Of a stretch of DNA of 64,000 bases, positions 1-9,426 are shown one piece after another. Position 1 is the first letter of the stretch. Each line of letters begins with the position of its first letter. Made by a program: the position numbers and the translations under genes. The DNA is from an uncultured Alphaproteobacteria bacterium (GTDB lineage: Bacteria > Pseudomonadota > Alphaproteobacteria > RF32 > CAG-239), in assembly GCA_944391465.1 (NCBI GenBank), contig CALXTS010000003.1, positions 14,814 through 78,813 on the forward strand, in the 5' to 3' direction. The notes beneath the pieces were generated by a model. The model worked only from the letters and a program-made list of their open reading frames with translations, did no database searches and was not told the DNA's origin.

Positions 1-1
1 A

Positions 2-715
2 ACCATTACGGATATGCGCCATGAACAATTGGGCAACGCCGTCTATCGGTTTTTACAATACGGAAGTTCGCCCAAAGATTGGGATATTGAAGGATTAACC
101 CAAGAACTGGCTCGAATGACCGGTGTACTTTTACCTTTATCAGAATGGGCAAAAGAAAACGAAATTGATACGGAAAAACTCAGAGAACATATTATTGAGG
201 CTATTGATAAACATGTAGAACAAAAGAACGCACATGTTCCGGAAGAGATTCTCCGTTTGGTAGAAAAATCCGTATTGCTTCAAGAACTTGATGTTTTGTG
301 GAAAGACCATATTGCAACATTGGATTACATGCGCCATACAATTGTTCTCCGTGCTTATGGGCAAAAAGATCCATTGAATGAATACAAAAAAGAGGCCTTT
401 AATCTTTTCTCAGAAATGCTCAATCAACTTGGAGAAAAAGTTACATTTATTTTGTTAAGAACAATTATTCAAAACAACTCGGCAGATGAATTACAAAACA
501 AACAACCAAAGCATACAAACTTGCAAGAGATTCATGAAGCTCCGAGTGGAATAAGCAATGAGCAACCTCAAGAACCGGAAAAATTAGCACCTTTCCAATA
601 CAACAAAGGAGCGATTGACCCGAACAATCCGTCCACCTGGGGAAAAGTTGCCCGTAATGACTTATGCCCCTGTGGAAGTGGCAAAAAATACAAACACTGC
701 CACGGAAAAGTTTAG
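2..715 (+). CDS. secA: Preprotein translocase ATPase SecA, C-terminal part (5' end outside window)
   Basis: Frame of ORF 14..715 stays open to the window edge. It ends with the SecA zinc-binding tail CPCGSGKKYKHCHG after an acidic/Q-rich linker. Confidence 0.9.
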   Translation, partial: TITDMRHEQLGNAVYRFLQYGSSPKDWDIEGLTQELARMTGVLLPLSEWAKENEIDTEKLREHIIEAIDKHVEQKNAHVPEEILRLVEKSVLLQELDVLWKDHIATLDYMRHTIVLRAYGQKDPLNEYKKEAFNLFSEMLNQLGEKVTFILLRTIIQNNSADELQNKQPKHTNLQEIHEAPSGISNEQPQEPEKLAPFQYNKGAIDPNNPSTWGKVARNDLCPCGSGKKYKHCHGKV

Positions 716-805
716 AATAGAAAACTTCAGAAGTTAAGTTAAAGAAATATTGAATAAAAAACAACTTAGCAAAAAATCTGCCGTTTTATATAAAGCATTA
801 AGAAT

Positions 806-830
806 AAAGCCCCTCAAACGAGGGGCTTTA
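806..830. terminator. Hairpin between convergent secA and galU (possible bidirectional terminator)
   Basis: AGCCCCT(808-814)/AGGGGCT(821-827) stem flanked by A/T-rich sequence. The U-tracts are weak. Confidence 0.45.
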
Positions 831-834
831 AATT

Positions 835-1725
835 CTATTTTATGGATTCTAAAACTTCTTTACAATAAGTCCTCAGATCAGGATCCTCAAGCAAACACAA
901 ACGGAGATTGGCTTTTTCCAATTCCTTATTGGTTCCGCAATCAAAACGCTCAATATCACAAATAGCACCTGTCAATTTCATACCACGCTTTGCAGCTAAA
1001 CCCATTGCATCGGCCAAATTAATCTCACCATTAGTTCCTTTGGTAACTTCAGGCAAAATGTTCATCAGCTCATTAGGCAAAATATAAGGTCCTAAACTTC
1101 CAAAATTTGAAGGAATATTATCTTTTGACGGCTTCTCAATTTTTCCGGTTGCATGAACAACATTTCCCTCACGAACAGCCCCCTCCAATACACCATAACG
1201 AACAATTTCTTCATCAGGGAAAACTCTTACATGATCAACCATGCCGCCGAATTTTTCATAAACTTCCAACAATTGAGCCAAAATACCCTTTCCGCCCTTA
1301 GTATTAATATAAACATCATCGGGCCACATAACTATAAAATCACGATCACCGACAATATCCTTTGCCATCAACACGGCATGTCCGTTACCTTTAGGCTCTT
1401 TTTGCTCAGCAAAAGAAAATTTCATTCCTCTCGGAATAATATCTTCCAAAACTTTTAATAACTCAAGTTTACCTTTTTCACGAAGATGATTCTCCAACCA
1501 CGGATACGGAGAAAAATGTTTTTCAAACAAATATTTACAAGACTGATCACTATAAATAAAAACAATTTCTTTAATACCGATTTCCGCACACGCATCTACC
1601 GCATACTGAATAATCGGTTTGCTGTGCAATGTCAGAAAACCTTTATGAATAGCTTTGGTTGAAGGAAGATTGCGTGTTGATAAACCAGCAACGGGAAGAA
1701 TACAAACTTCGGGTTTTTTAATCAT
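835..1725 (-). CDS. galU: UTP--glucose-1-phosphate uridylyltransferase
   Basis: 296-aa ORF. N-terminal nucleotidyltransferase motif LPVAGLSTRNLPSTKAIHKGFL, with GalU-like length and layout. Confidence 0.9.
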   Translation of the reverse strand: MIKKPEVCILPVAGLSTRNLPSTKAIHKGFLTLHSKPIIQYAVDACAEIGIKEIVFIYSDQSCKYLFEKHFSPYPWLENHLREKGKLELLKVLEDIIPRGMKFSFAEQKEPKGNGHAVLMAKDIVGDRDFIVMWPDDVYINTKGGKGILAQLLEVYEKFGGMVDHVRVFPDEEIVRYGVLEGAVREGNVVHATGKIEKPSKDNIPSNFGSLGPYILPNELMNILPEVTKGTNGEINLADAMGLAAKRGMKLTGAICDIERFDCGTNKELEKANLRLCLLEDPDLRTYCKEVLESIK

Positions 1726-1806
1726 TTCATAACTCCAAATAATAAATCATTTTTTATATGCCAAAAATATAACATAAAAAAACAAATCAACAAGAGTTAT
1801 AAAAAA

Positions 1807-4800
1807 TTACCAACCTCTTTTTACAACATTCTTATTATCCGTTTCTTTCTCAACTTCCTTAGTTTTCGGCTTTGAAAAATCAAGGACTCTGACTTTTTCC
1901 TGAGAAATTTGTTTTTCAGTTTCCTCAATCTCTTCAATATCCCGTCGAACTATAATATTTTTACCTGATTTTTTAATATTTATAAAACCGGTATTTTCAT
2001 TGAGTTTGCGTTCAACTTCTTCACTTCTGATTTTCAAAGCATGTCCGTCTTCTTCAACTTTAACTCGACTATCGGCATAATCATTATATTCTTTCAAAAC
2101 TTTTTCTATTTGAACGATATAATCCTCAACTTGTTTAATGTTGTTTCTCAACAAATCACTAAATTCAATAATATCTTCTTCATTTTTAGAGGACTTATGA
2201 GCGTTATACCCTTCTTCAACAATTTTATCCGTCGTCAGATTATTCTCTTCCAATTTTTTAATTTCTCTTTCCCATAAAACGAGTTTACTATCTCCTTCCA
2301 ATCGAAAAGAAGATTGGATTTGTTCAAGCCGCCCCTCATAAACAGCACGATCACTTTGAAGTTTAGCAGCAGTTTCTTTCATTTTACTTGAAGCATCATT
2401 ATAATCTTTATAGAGACCATCCATCTGAAAAGCTAAATCCTGCAAATAAATCTGACGAATAGATCGCCGAATCTTTTCCAAAAAGACCGTAGATTTCTTA
2501 TTAGCCTCACTCATATTATCAACTAGTTTTTGCGTCGGCTCAACCGATTGCGACGTAGAAATAAGTTTTGTTATTTGAACAACCTCATCATTTAATTGTT
2601 TCAATAAATCATCATATTTTACTTTCGCATCCTCACTCTCAACGGTATCCTTCATACTTTTTAATTCTGAAGCTAAGCGATTTTGCGCTTCTTCCAAAAT
2701 TTGTTCTGAATTTTTGCGTTGCTCTGCAACTAAGAGCACCATTCGTGTTATTTCGGCTTCTTTAATAGCTTGTTCTTGTTCTAAAATTTTCTCTTGGCGA
2801 CCTTTGTACATATCCAGCAATGAATTTACATTAACGGCAAGAGCCGGAGCATTCATTGGTCCTTTGAGTTCAAAAGAATACCCTGGTAAATATTGAGGCT
2901 CATCATATTTAACATTAAACAAAAGATTAGCTGTCCAATTTGCCAAATCACCTTCACCACTGGCATTAATTTTAACACCGTTTCCTTGCATATAAAGAGA
3001 TGGAATACTAAAAGCATTATTTGCAATACTTATATTTCCGGTAATTTTAGAAAATTTAGTTGTACCGGAAGATAAATTTTTATTCATCAGTTCCGTTAAT
3101 CCGTCAGAATTTTCACGAACCGAAATATCTTTATAAATATCCGCCAAATTCCAACCTCGAACTTCAGAAGCATCAATTGAAAATTTGACACTCGCTTTGA
3201 GATTTTTAATAAAGTCATCAAAACTACTGAAATTCCCATTAAATGTCACTTCAGAATTATATTTGCCTTCTTTTAAAGCATATTTTTTTCCACCGATTCC
3301 TAAATTATTAACCTCAGTTCCAACAAAAGAAGCACTACCGCTAACATTCGGATTTTCCGCCGCATTAAGCGTAAAATTCCCTTTTAAATCTCCTCCGTTA
3401 TAACGGGCAGAAAAATTGTTTATGGCCAAATTATCATTAACCAAAGCAACACTCATTGATGCCTTTTCAAAAGCATGACTTTTATAAGTTAACTCATCAA
3501 CCGAGAAATCTCCGCTAACGTTATATTTTGATAAAAATGCAAAATCAAAAACATCTTTTTCCCAATAAGGCTTAGCTAGAAATTCATTTTCACTATCATC
3601 ATTTGCAATGTTAATCTGAGGAGCTTGTGATACATCTTTTTTAGTTCCGAAAAATTTATCTATTTCGAATTTGTTAATACCCAGTGTTGCAAAAACATTT
3701 GGGCGCTCCCCTGCTGTATCATAGTCCAAACTTCCGCTGAATTTATTATAGCCAATATTAAATTCTAAAGGACGAGCCACAAATTCATTTCCGCTGCCAA
3801 TAAATTTTGTCTTTAAATCAAACAACCCCATTGTATAAACCTGAGGATTATACTTCAAACCAATATCTTGAAGCATAGTCACAAAATCGGGATGTTTAAT
3901 CTCAAAATCACCATCCAACATCAAATTAGGTTTTTCGTTATCCACCTGACCTTTGTAATTAATTTCTAACTTTTCGAGCTTAGAGACACTCTCTATGGCC
4001 AATTTTCCAAAATTACCGGTCATAATTCCCTGTCCGTCAAAATTTTTCATCTTTTTATAATCGACTTGAGGTATTTTCAATTCCAATTTTTCAGATAAAT
4101 TTTGAAAATCAGCAGTTGTCACATGATACTTTAAGTTCTCAAACCCTGGAACTCCGCCAAATCCTTTCAGCAATCCTGAAATTTCAAATTTTGAATTATA
4201 AACAGAACCAATGGTTAACTTTTCAATATCCGCCTTTCCATCAAACAAACTGACGTTCAAATCAATATTTTCAAAAGGAACCGTATTATAAATAGCCAAA
4301 TCCAACTTTGTTTTCAGCTGCATATCAAAATCATTTAAAAATCCAAGTTTATTAAAACGATATTTCATTCTCTCAAGCCAACTTTTGGCTTTTTCTTCAA
4401 CCGGCATTTCCGCAATATAATTATCAAAATTGACACTATCTCCGTTAATGGTCAGCATCATATCCTTACGGGCGCCACCCAACTTAAGTCCGGCCTCTCC
4501 GGCAAAGGAACTTTTATCAATGGTTAAAGAATAAGGAGAGATAAAAATCTTATCAACAGAACCTGAAATTTTCGCACCACCTTCTGCTTTCCGATATGTA
4601 GAAGGAACCACGACCTCAGGGGTATAACCAAACCAACTTAAAAGTTTTGAGAAATCAACCGATGAAAAACTCAATTCCAGATTATAAAAAGGTTGATCAT
4701 CAAGAGAAGATAAATCTCCTTTAAGTTTAAGATCCGTATCGCCGGGTAAAACAGCAGTAACGTTATTAAAATTGATAATATTATCAATCAAATCCAAACT

Positions 4801-5946
4801 AGCCTCAAAATTTTTAACCGGTTGATTATTATACTGTGTTCTTAAAGATTTTAAATCCAACTGTAAATCTATCGGCCAATCAGGATTATAAATATTACCG
4901 GAGTTTTTATAGCGTTTAGTAAAATCATTAAAAGTATAGACCAACGGACTTAAATCTAAATCCGTAAAATTGAAAGCCATAGCCACTCTTGGTTTTATAC
5001 TGTTCTCACCTATATTCAAAATATCTTCAATCGGAATTTGAGCACTTCCGGCTCCTTGTGAGTTACCGTATTTTATAACCATATTCGCCAAATTAATTTG
5101 TTGCTCTGTAGTATTAATATCAAACGTCATAGCAAGCGGATAATTATAAGCATCTGCCAATCCAACATCCTTAAAATTATCCTCAACAAAACGTTTCAAA
5201 TTTTGAGATTCCAAAACAATATTTCCGTTAAACACTTTATTTGAAAGCTGGAAATTACCATCAAAACGAATATAACTGTTTGATAAAGGATGGGTCAGAG
5301 CAAAATCAAGTGTTGTAGGGAAACTCTCCGAAAGTTTACCGACAGAAATGGCAAAACCTTCAGGAGTAGAACCTTTCATATAATTTCCTTCAATCCGATA
5401 AGGCCCCAAAACTGTTTGCGTCATAATTTCGCCATTCAAATTATCCAAACGTAAATTATAGGCTTTAGACGGATAATCAACCACCACGGAAGCATTTGCA
5501 AGAGAGACACTATTTAAGCGGATATTTGAATTTTCCAACTTTTGACGCTGTTCTTGAGTTAAAGGTCTTTCCCAGTTCAATTTACCTTCATCATTAATCT
5601 CAATATTAACCAACGGATTCTCCAATAACATACGCGTAACATAGAGATTTCCGTTAATTAATTCTTGCAAAGACACATCTATAGAAAGTTTTCCGATAGT
5701 AACTAAAGGCTGCCCCCCTTTAGCCAGATGATTATAAATTTTAACATTAGATGCTTGTAAATAAGGAGATGGTAAGATTTTAAAAGACACGGGACCTTCA
5801 AATACAATATCTTTTCCGGTTGCATCATAAAATTCCTGAACGATTTTACCTTGATACTTATTCCAGTCTAAAGTAGCTGTCCAAAGGACAAGACCACCAA
5901 CGCCAACCAGAACCATCAAAAAAAGTGCTACCAGTATCTTTTTCAA
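1807..5946 (-). CDS. AsmA-family outer-membrane biogenesis protein with long C-terminal coiled-coil extension
   Basis: 1379 aa. TTG start preceded by GGGAG, then an N-terminal KK + hydrophobic anchor and an AsmA-like N-terminus (LDWNKYQGKIVQEFYDATGKDIVFEGPVSF). An AsmA_2-like segment lies near aa 1000, followed by about 330 aa of K/E/Q-rich heptad-like sequence. Confidence 0.8.
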   Translation of the reverse strand: MKKILVALFLMVLVGVGGLVLWTATLDWNKYQGKIVQEFYDATGKDIVFEGPVSFKILPSPYLQASNVKIYNHLAKGGQPLVTIGKLSIDVSLQELINGNLYVTRMLLENPLVNIEINDEGKLNWERPLTQEQRQKLENSNIRLNSVSLANASVVVDYPSKAYNLRLDNLNGEIMTQTVLGPYRIEGNYMKGSTPEGFAISVGKLSESFPTTLDFALTHPLSNSYIRFDGNFQLSNKVFNGNIVLESQNLKRFVEDNFKDVGLADAYNYPLAMTFDINTTEQQINLANMVIKYGNSQGAGSAQIPIEDILNIGENSIKPRVAMAFNFTDLDLSPLVYTFNDFTKRYKNSGNIYNPDWPIDLQLDLKSLRTQYNNQPVKNFEASLDLIDNIINFNNVTAVLPGDTDLKLKGDLSSLDDQPFYNLELSFSSVDFSKLLSWFGYTPEVVVPSTYRKAEGGAKISGSVDKIFISPYSLTIDKSSFAGEAGLKLGGARKDMMLTINGDSVNFDNYIAEMPVEEKAKSWLERMKYRFNKLGFLNDFDMQLKTKLDLAIYNTVPFENIDLNVSLFDGKADIEKLTIGSVYNSKFEISGLLKGFGGVPGFENLKYHVTTADFQNLSEKLELKIPQVDYKKMKNFDGQGIMTGNFGKLAIESVSKLEKLEINYKGQVDNEKPNLMLDGDFEIKHPDFVTMLQDIGLKYNPQVYTMGLFDLKTKFIGSGNEFVARPLEFNIGYNKFSGSLDYDTAGERPNVFATLGINKFEIDKFFGTKKDVSQAPQINIANDDSENEFLAKPYWEKDVFDFAFLSKYNVSGDFSVDELTYKSHAFEKASMSVALVNDNLAINNFSARYNGGDLKGNFTLNAAENPNVSGSASFVGTEVNNLGIGGKKYALKEGKYNSEVTFNGNFSSFDDFIKNLKASVKFSIDASEVRGWNLADIYKDISVRENSDGLTELMNKNLSSGTTKFSKITGNISIANNAFSIPSLYMQGNGVKINASGEGDLANWTANLLFNVKYDEPQYLPGYSFELKGPMNAPALAVNVNSLLDMYKGRQEKILEQEQAIKEAEITRMVLLVAEQRKNSEQILEEAQNRLASELKSMKDTVESEDAKVKYDDLLKQLNDEVVQITKLISTSQSVEPTQKLVDNMSEANKKSTVFLEKIRRSIRQIYLQDLAFQMDGLYKDYNDASSKMKETAAKLQSDRAVYEGRLEQIQSSFRLEGDSKLVLWEREIKKLEENNLTTDKIVEEGYNAHKSSKNEEDIIEFSDLLRNNIKQVEDYIVQIEKVLKEYNDYADSRVKVEEDGHALKIRSEEVERKLNENTGFINIKKSGKNIIVRRDIEEIEETEKQISQEKVRVLDFSKPKTKEVEKETDNKNVVKRGW

Positions 5947-6063
5947 GAGAAGTACTCCCTTTCAATAAATGAAAACCAAATAATCTTTGCAATTTATAAA
6001 CGAATACTATTCTAATATTACACAATAATAATTAATAAAACTTTTAACAAAGAAAGGCAAGCA

Positions 6064-6468
6064 ATGAATAAATCCGCAAAATTATTTAAACTAGCGCAAC
6101 AAGCGTCCCTTAACGCTTACGCGCCCTATTCACAATTTGCAGTGGGAGCCTCGCTTATTGCCGATAACGGAAACTATTACATCGGATGTAATGTTGAAAA
6201 TGTTTCTTATCCCTGCGGAAGTTGCGCTGAACAAGGAGCTATATCGGCTATGATAGCGGATGGAGGAAAGAAAATCGTAGAAATTCTGATTCTCGGATAC
6301 GGAAAAGAACTTATTACTCCTTGCGGAGCTTGCCGACAAAGAATTCTTGAATTTTCAGATTCTCAAACACTCATTCACCTTGCCGACAAAGAAGGAATTA
6401 AAAAAACCTTCAAAATAAATGAACTTCTTCCCTATAATTTTAATACCGAAAGCCTAAACAATGACTGA
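6064..6468 (+). CDS. cdd: Cytidine deaminase
   Basis: 134 aa. Zinc-ligand motifs CAEQ and PCGACRQ. Overlaps the next gene by 8 nt. Confidence 0.9.
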   Translation: MNKSAKLFKLAQQASLNAYAPYSQFAVGASLIADNGNYYIGCNVENVSYPCGSCAEQGAISAMIADGGKKIVEILILGYGKELITPCGACRQRILEFSDSQTLIHLADKEGIKKTFKINELLPYNFNTESLNND

Positions 6469-7282
6469 CATTCAATCTCCACATAAAATTGCCGAACAAA
6501 TACGCCCTTATATAAAAGGTTTTTCTCCGCAAACAGCCATCATTCTCGGAAGCGGCCTTGGAGATTTAGCCAATCAAATAACCGATTCTATAACCATAAA
6601 ATACGCCGATATAAAAGGATTCCCGCAAAGTTCCGTATCCGGACACAAAGGTTGCTTAATTATCGGAAAACTTTCCGGAAAAGATGTTCTTTGCTTGCAA
6701 GGACGCTTCCATTTATATGAAGGGCATAAACCGCAAGTCATTGATACTGTTATCAAAACACTAAAACTTCTCGGCATCAATAACCTCATTGTAACCAATG
6801 CTGCTGGTTCCTTAAAAAATGACATGCCTCCGGGATCATTAATGCTTATTAATGATCATATAAATTTCTGCGGACAAAACCCTTTAATCGGACCAAATGA
6901 TGACAACTTAGGACCTCGTTTTCCGGCAATGCACAATGCTTATGATAATTCTTTCCGCGAAAAAATCCACCAATTGGCCCAACAAGAAAATATCAAACTT
7001 TATGACGGAACTTATCTTATGGTTTTAGGTCCGAATTTTGAAACCGCCGCAGAGATACGAGCTTTTCAAATTTTAGGAGCCGATGCCGTTGGAATGTCAA
7101 CCGTACCGGAGGTTATCTCTGCCGTACATTCTGATATAAAAGTACTTGGAATATCCGTTATTACCAACTATGGAACCGGAATGACTCATAAAGATAATAA
7201 TCATGAGGAGACTTTACATCAGGCCTCAATAGCTGCAGACAAATTGTGTCGCTTAATTCAACTTTTTATCAAGGAGCTCTAA
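6461..7282 (+). CDS. punA: Purine nucleoside phosphorylase (trimeric PNP/PunA type)
   Basis: 273 aa. Motifs GRFHLYEGH and VGMSTVPEV are typical of the inosine/guanosine PNP family. Confidence 0.85.
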   Translation: MTDIQSPHKIAEQIRPYIKGFSPQTAIILGSGLGDLANQITDSITIKYADIKGFPQSSVSGHKGCLIIGKLSGKDVLCLQGRFHLYEGHKPQVIDTVIKTLKLLGINNLIVTNAAGSLKNDMPPGSLMLINDHINFCGQNPLIGPNDDNLGPRFPAMHNAYDNSFREKIHQLAQQENIKLYDGTYLMVLGPNFETAAEIRAFQILGADAVGMSTVPEVISAVHSDIKVLGISVITNYGTGMTHKDNNHEETLHQASIAADKLCRLIQLFIKEL

Positions 7283-7283
7283 A

Positions 7284-8018
7284 ATGGATGACGTTTCTGC
7301 CGCCAAAAACCTTATACCCTTGCTGGATTTAACATCATTAAATGATACTGATACAACTGACAGCATCACGGCCTTTTGTCGCAAAGCTCAGACACCTTTC
7401 GGTCATGTTGCTTCTGTATGTATTTATCCCAAATTTGTCCCTCTCGTTTTACGAGAATTAAACGGAGCCGTAAAGATTACGACCGTTATTAATTTTCCAT
7501 CCGGGAACAATGATATCAATCTAGTAAGTAACGAGATAAAAAGAGCTCTAAACGCCGGAGCCGATGAAATAGATGTTGTTTTTCCGTATCGAGAATTCTT
7601 AAAAGAAAACATAAAGGACTGCGCCGCATTTTTAGAAACAGTTCGTAATCTTTGCCCTCAAAACAATACGCTGAAAATCATCTTAGAGACCGGAGAATAT
7701 CCAAGTTCCCGACAAATCAGCCAAGCGACACAACTTTGCATTGAATACGGCGTTGATTTTATAAAAACATCAACAGGAAAGACCAAAATTTCAGCCACAC
7801 CGGAAGCTGCAAATGTTATTCTGGAAACAATTAAAGCCTCTCAAAAAGAAATAGGCTTTAAGGCCAGCGGCGGAATTCGGACGATAGAAGAAGCAAAAAA
7901 ATATCTGATACTTGCTAATGCCATAATGGGACCGGATTGGGTAACACCTGAGCATTTTCGTATCGGAGCCAGCTCTTTATTAAACAATTTGATTGAAACA
8001 ATAAATAAAGGATATTGA
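7284..8018 (+). CDS. deoC: Deoxyribose-phosphate aldolase
   Basis: 244 aa. Schiff-base lysine context DFIKTSTGK. Tightly spaced within the cdd-punA-deoC-deoA run. Confidence 0.9.
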   Translation: MDDVSAAKNLIPLLDLTSLNDTDTTDSITAFCRKAQTPFGHVASVCIYPKFVPLVLRELNGAVKITTVINFPSGNNDINLVSNEIKRALNAGADEIDVVFPYREFLKENIKDCAAFLETVRNLCPQNNTLKIILETGEYPSSRQISQATQLCIEYGVDFIKTSTGKTKISATPEAANVILETIKASQKEIGFKASGGIRTIEEAKKYLILANAIMGPDWVTPEHFRIGASSLLNNLIETINKGY

Positions 8019-8019
8019 T

Positions 8020-9330
8020 ATGCTCCCACAAGAAATTATTCGCAAAAAAAGAGACCATCAAACCTTAACTAATGAAGAAATTAATTTTTTCATAAAAGGA
8101 GTTACAGACGGAAGTATTGTCGATGCGCAAACCTCTGCTCTAACAATGGCAATATTATTAAACGGAATGAATGTTGAAGAAACAACCGCCTTAACTTTAA
8201 GCATGAGAGATTCCGGAGACGTTCTTAACTGGGATGATATTGATGGTCCTATTGTTGACAAACATTCATCGGGAGGAGTTGGAGATAAAGTCAGCCTAAT
8301 GCTGGCTCCGATGATTGCCGCTTGCGGAGGCTATGTTCCAATGATTTCCGGACGAGGCTTAGGACACACCGGAGGTACTTTGGATAAATTTGACTCAATC
8401 CCCGACTATCAAACATCTCCTGACAATAAACTATTTAAAGAAACCGTAAAAAACATCGGCTGTGCCATCATCGGACAAACCGGAAATTTAGCTCCGGCCG
8501 ATAAAAAAATATATGCCTTACGAGACGTCTGCGGAACCGTTGAATCTATAGAATTGATTACCGCATCAATTCTTTCAAAAAAATTAGCCGCCGGACTTGA
8601 TACTTTGATTATGGACTTAAAATGCGGTAACGGAGCATTTATGAATAATATGGATGATGCCAGAAAATTAGCGCAGTCAATTGTAAATGTCGCCAACCAT
8701 GCCGGAACCAAAACAAAAGCCGTCCTTACCGATATGAATCAAGTCCTTGGACACAGTGTCGGCAATGCTGTAGAGATTCAAGAAGCCGTAGAATACTTAA
8801 AAGGAAATAATGTTGATTCCCGTTTACATCAAATCACCTTAGAACTCTGCGGAGAAATTTTAATAAATTCTAATCTTGCTCAAACTCTTGATGAAGCAAA
8901 GAAAAAATTACAAAAATCCCTTGATTCGGGCTCTGCTTTAGAAAAATTCGCCCAAATGATATCAGCTTTAGGCGGCCCGAAAAACTTTTGTGACAATCCT
9001 GAAAAATACTTGCCTCACGCCACAATAATAAAACCGGTATATAGCTCTAAAAAAGGCTATGTCAGCGGCATGCAAACTCGTGAAATAGGACTAAGCGTCA
9101 TTGAGCTTAAAGGCGGACGTATAACCCCTGAACAAAAACTAGATTACGCAACCGGTTATACGGAATTCTGCCAAATCGGGGATTATGTTGATAATAATAA
9201 ACCACTGGCAGTTATCCACGCTCAAACGGAAAATGATTGGCAAAACGCCGCCGAAAAGCTAAAGAAATTAATTTCTATAAGCGAAGAAAAACCCAACTTA
9301 AAAGAAGCAATCATAGAAAAAATATCTTAA
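8020..9330 (+). CDS. deoA: Thymidine (pyrimidine-nucleoside) phosphorylase
   Basis: 436 aa. Motifs KHSSGGVGDK and SGRGLGHTGGTLDK. Confidence 0.9.
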   Translation: MLPQEIIRKKRDHQTLTNEEINFFIKGVTDGSIVDAQTSALTMAILLNGMNVEETTALTLSMRDSGDVLNWDDIDGPIVDKHSSGGVGDKVSLMLAPMIAACGGYVPMISGRGLGHTGGTLDKFDSIPDYQTSPDNKLFKETVKNIGCAIIGQTGNLAPADKKIYALRDVCGTVESIELITASILSKKLAAGLDTLIMDLKCGNGAFMNNMDDARKLAQSIVNVANHAGTKTKAVLTDMNQVLGHSVGNAVEIQEAVEYLKGNNVDSRLHQITLELCGEILINSNLAQTLDEAKKKLQKSLDSGSALEKFAQMISALGGPKNFCDNPEKYLPHATIIKPVYSSKKGYVSGMQTREIGLSVIELKGGRITPEQKLDYATGYTEFCQIGDYVDNNKPLAVIHAQTENDWQNAAEKLKKLISISEEKPNLKEAIIEKIS

Positions 9331-9375
9331 ACATAAATATACATTAAAAGTCAGTTTTTCTGTAAAACATCCAAC

Positions 9376-9410
9376 AAAAAACGTTTAAGTTTGAAACTTA
9401 AACGTTTTTT
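9376..9410. terminator. Bidirectional rho-independent terminator (deoA / tolB)
   Basis: Near-perfect palindrome AAAAAACGTTTAAGTTT-G-AAACTTAAACGTTTTTT with A-run and T-run flanks. Confidence 0.7.
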
Positions 9411-9426
9411 GTTAACGATTATTCCA

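Noticed and set aside
750-965. 71-aa plus-strand ORF after secA.
   Set aside because: It crosses the secA/galU hairpin and overlaps the galU 3' end antisense, with no RBS.
9221-9230. Isolated DnaA-box-like sequences (gttatccacg here, ttatccacc near 11406), considered as possible oriC.
   Set aside because: These are single, intragenic occurrences with no clustering, no AT-rich unwinding element and no dnaA/dnaN/hemE context.
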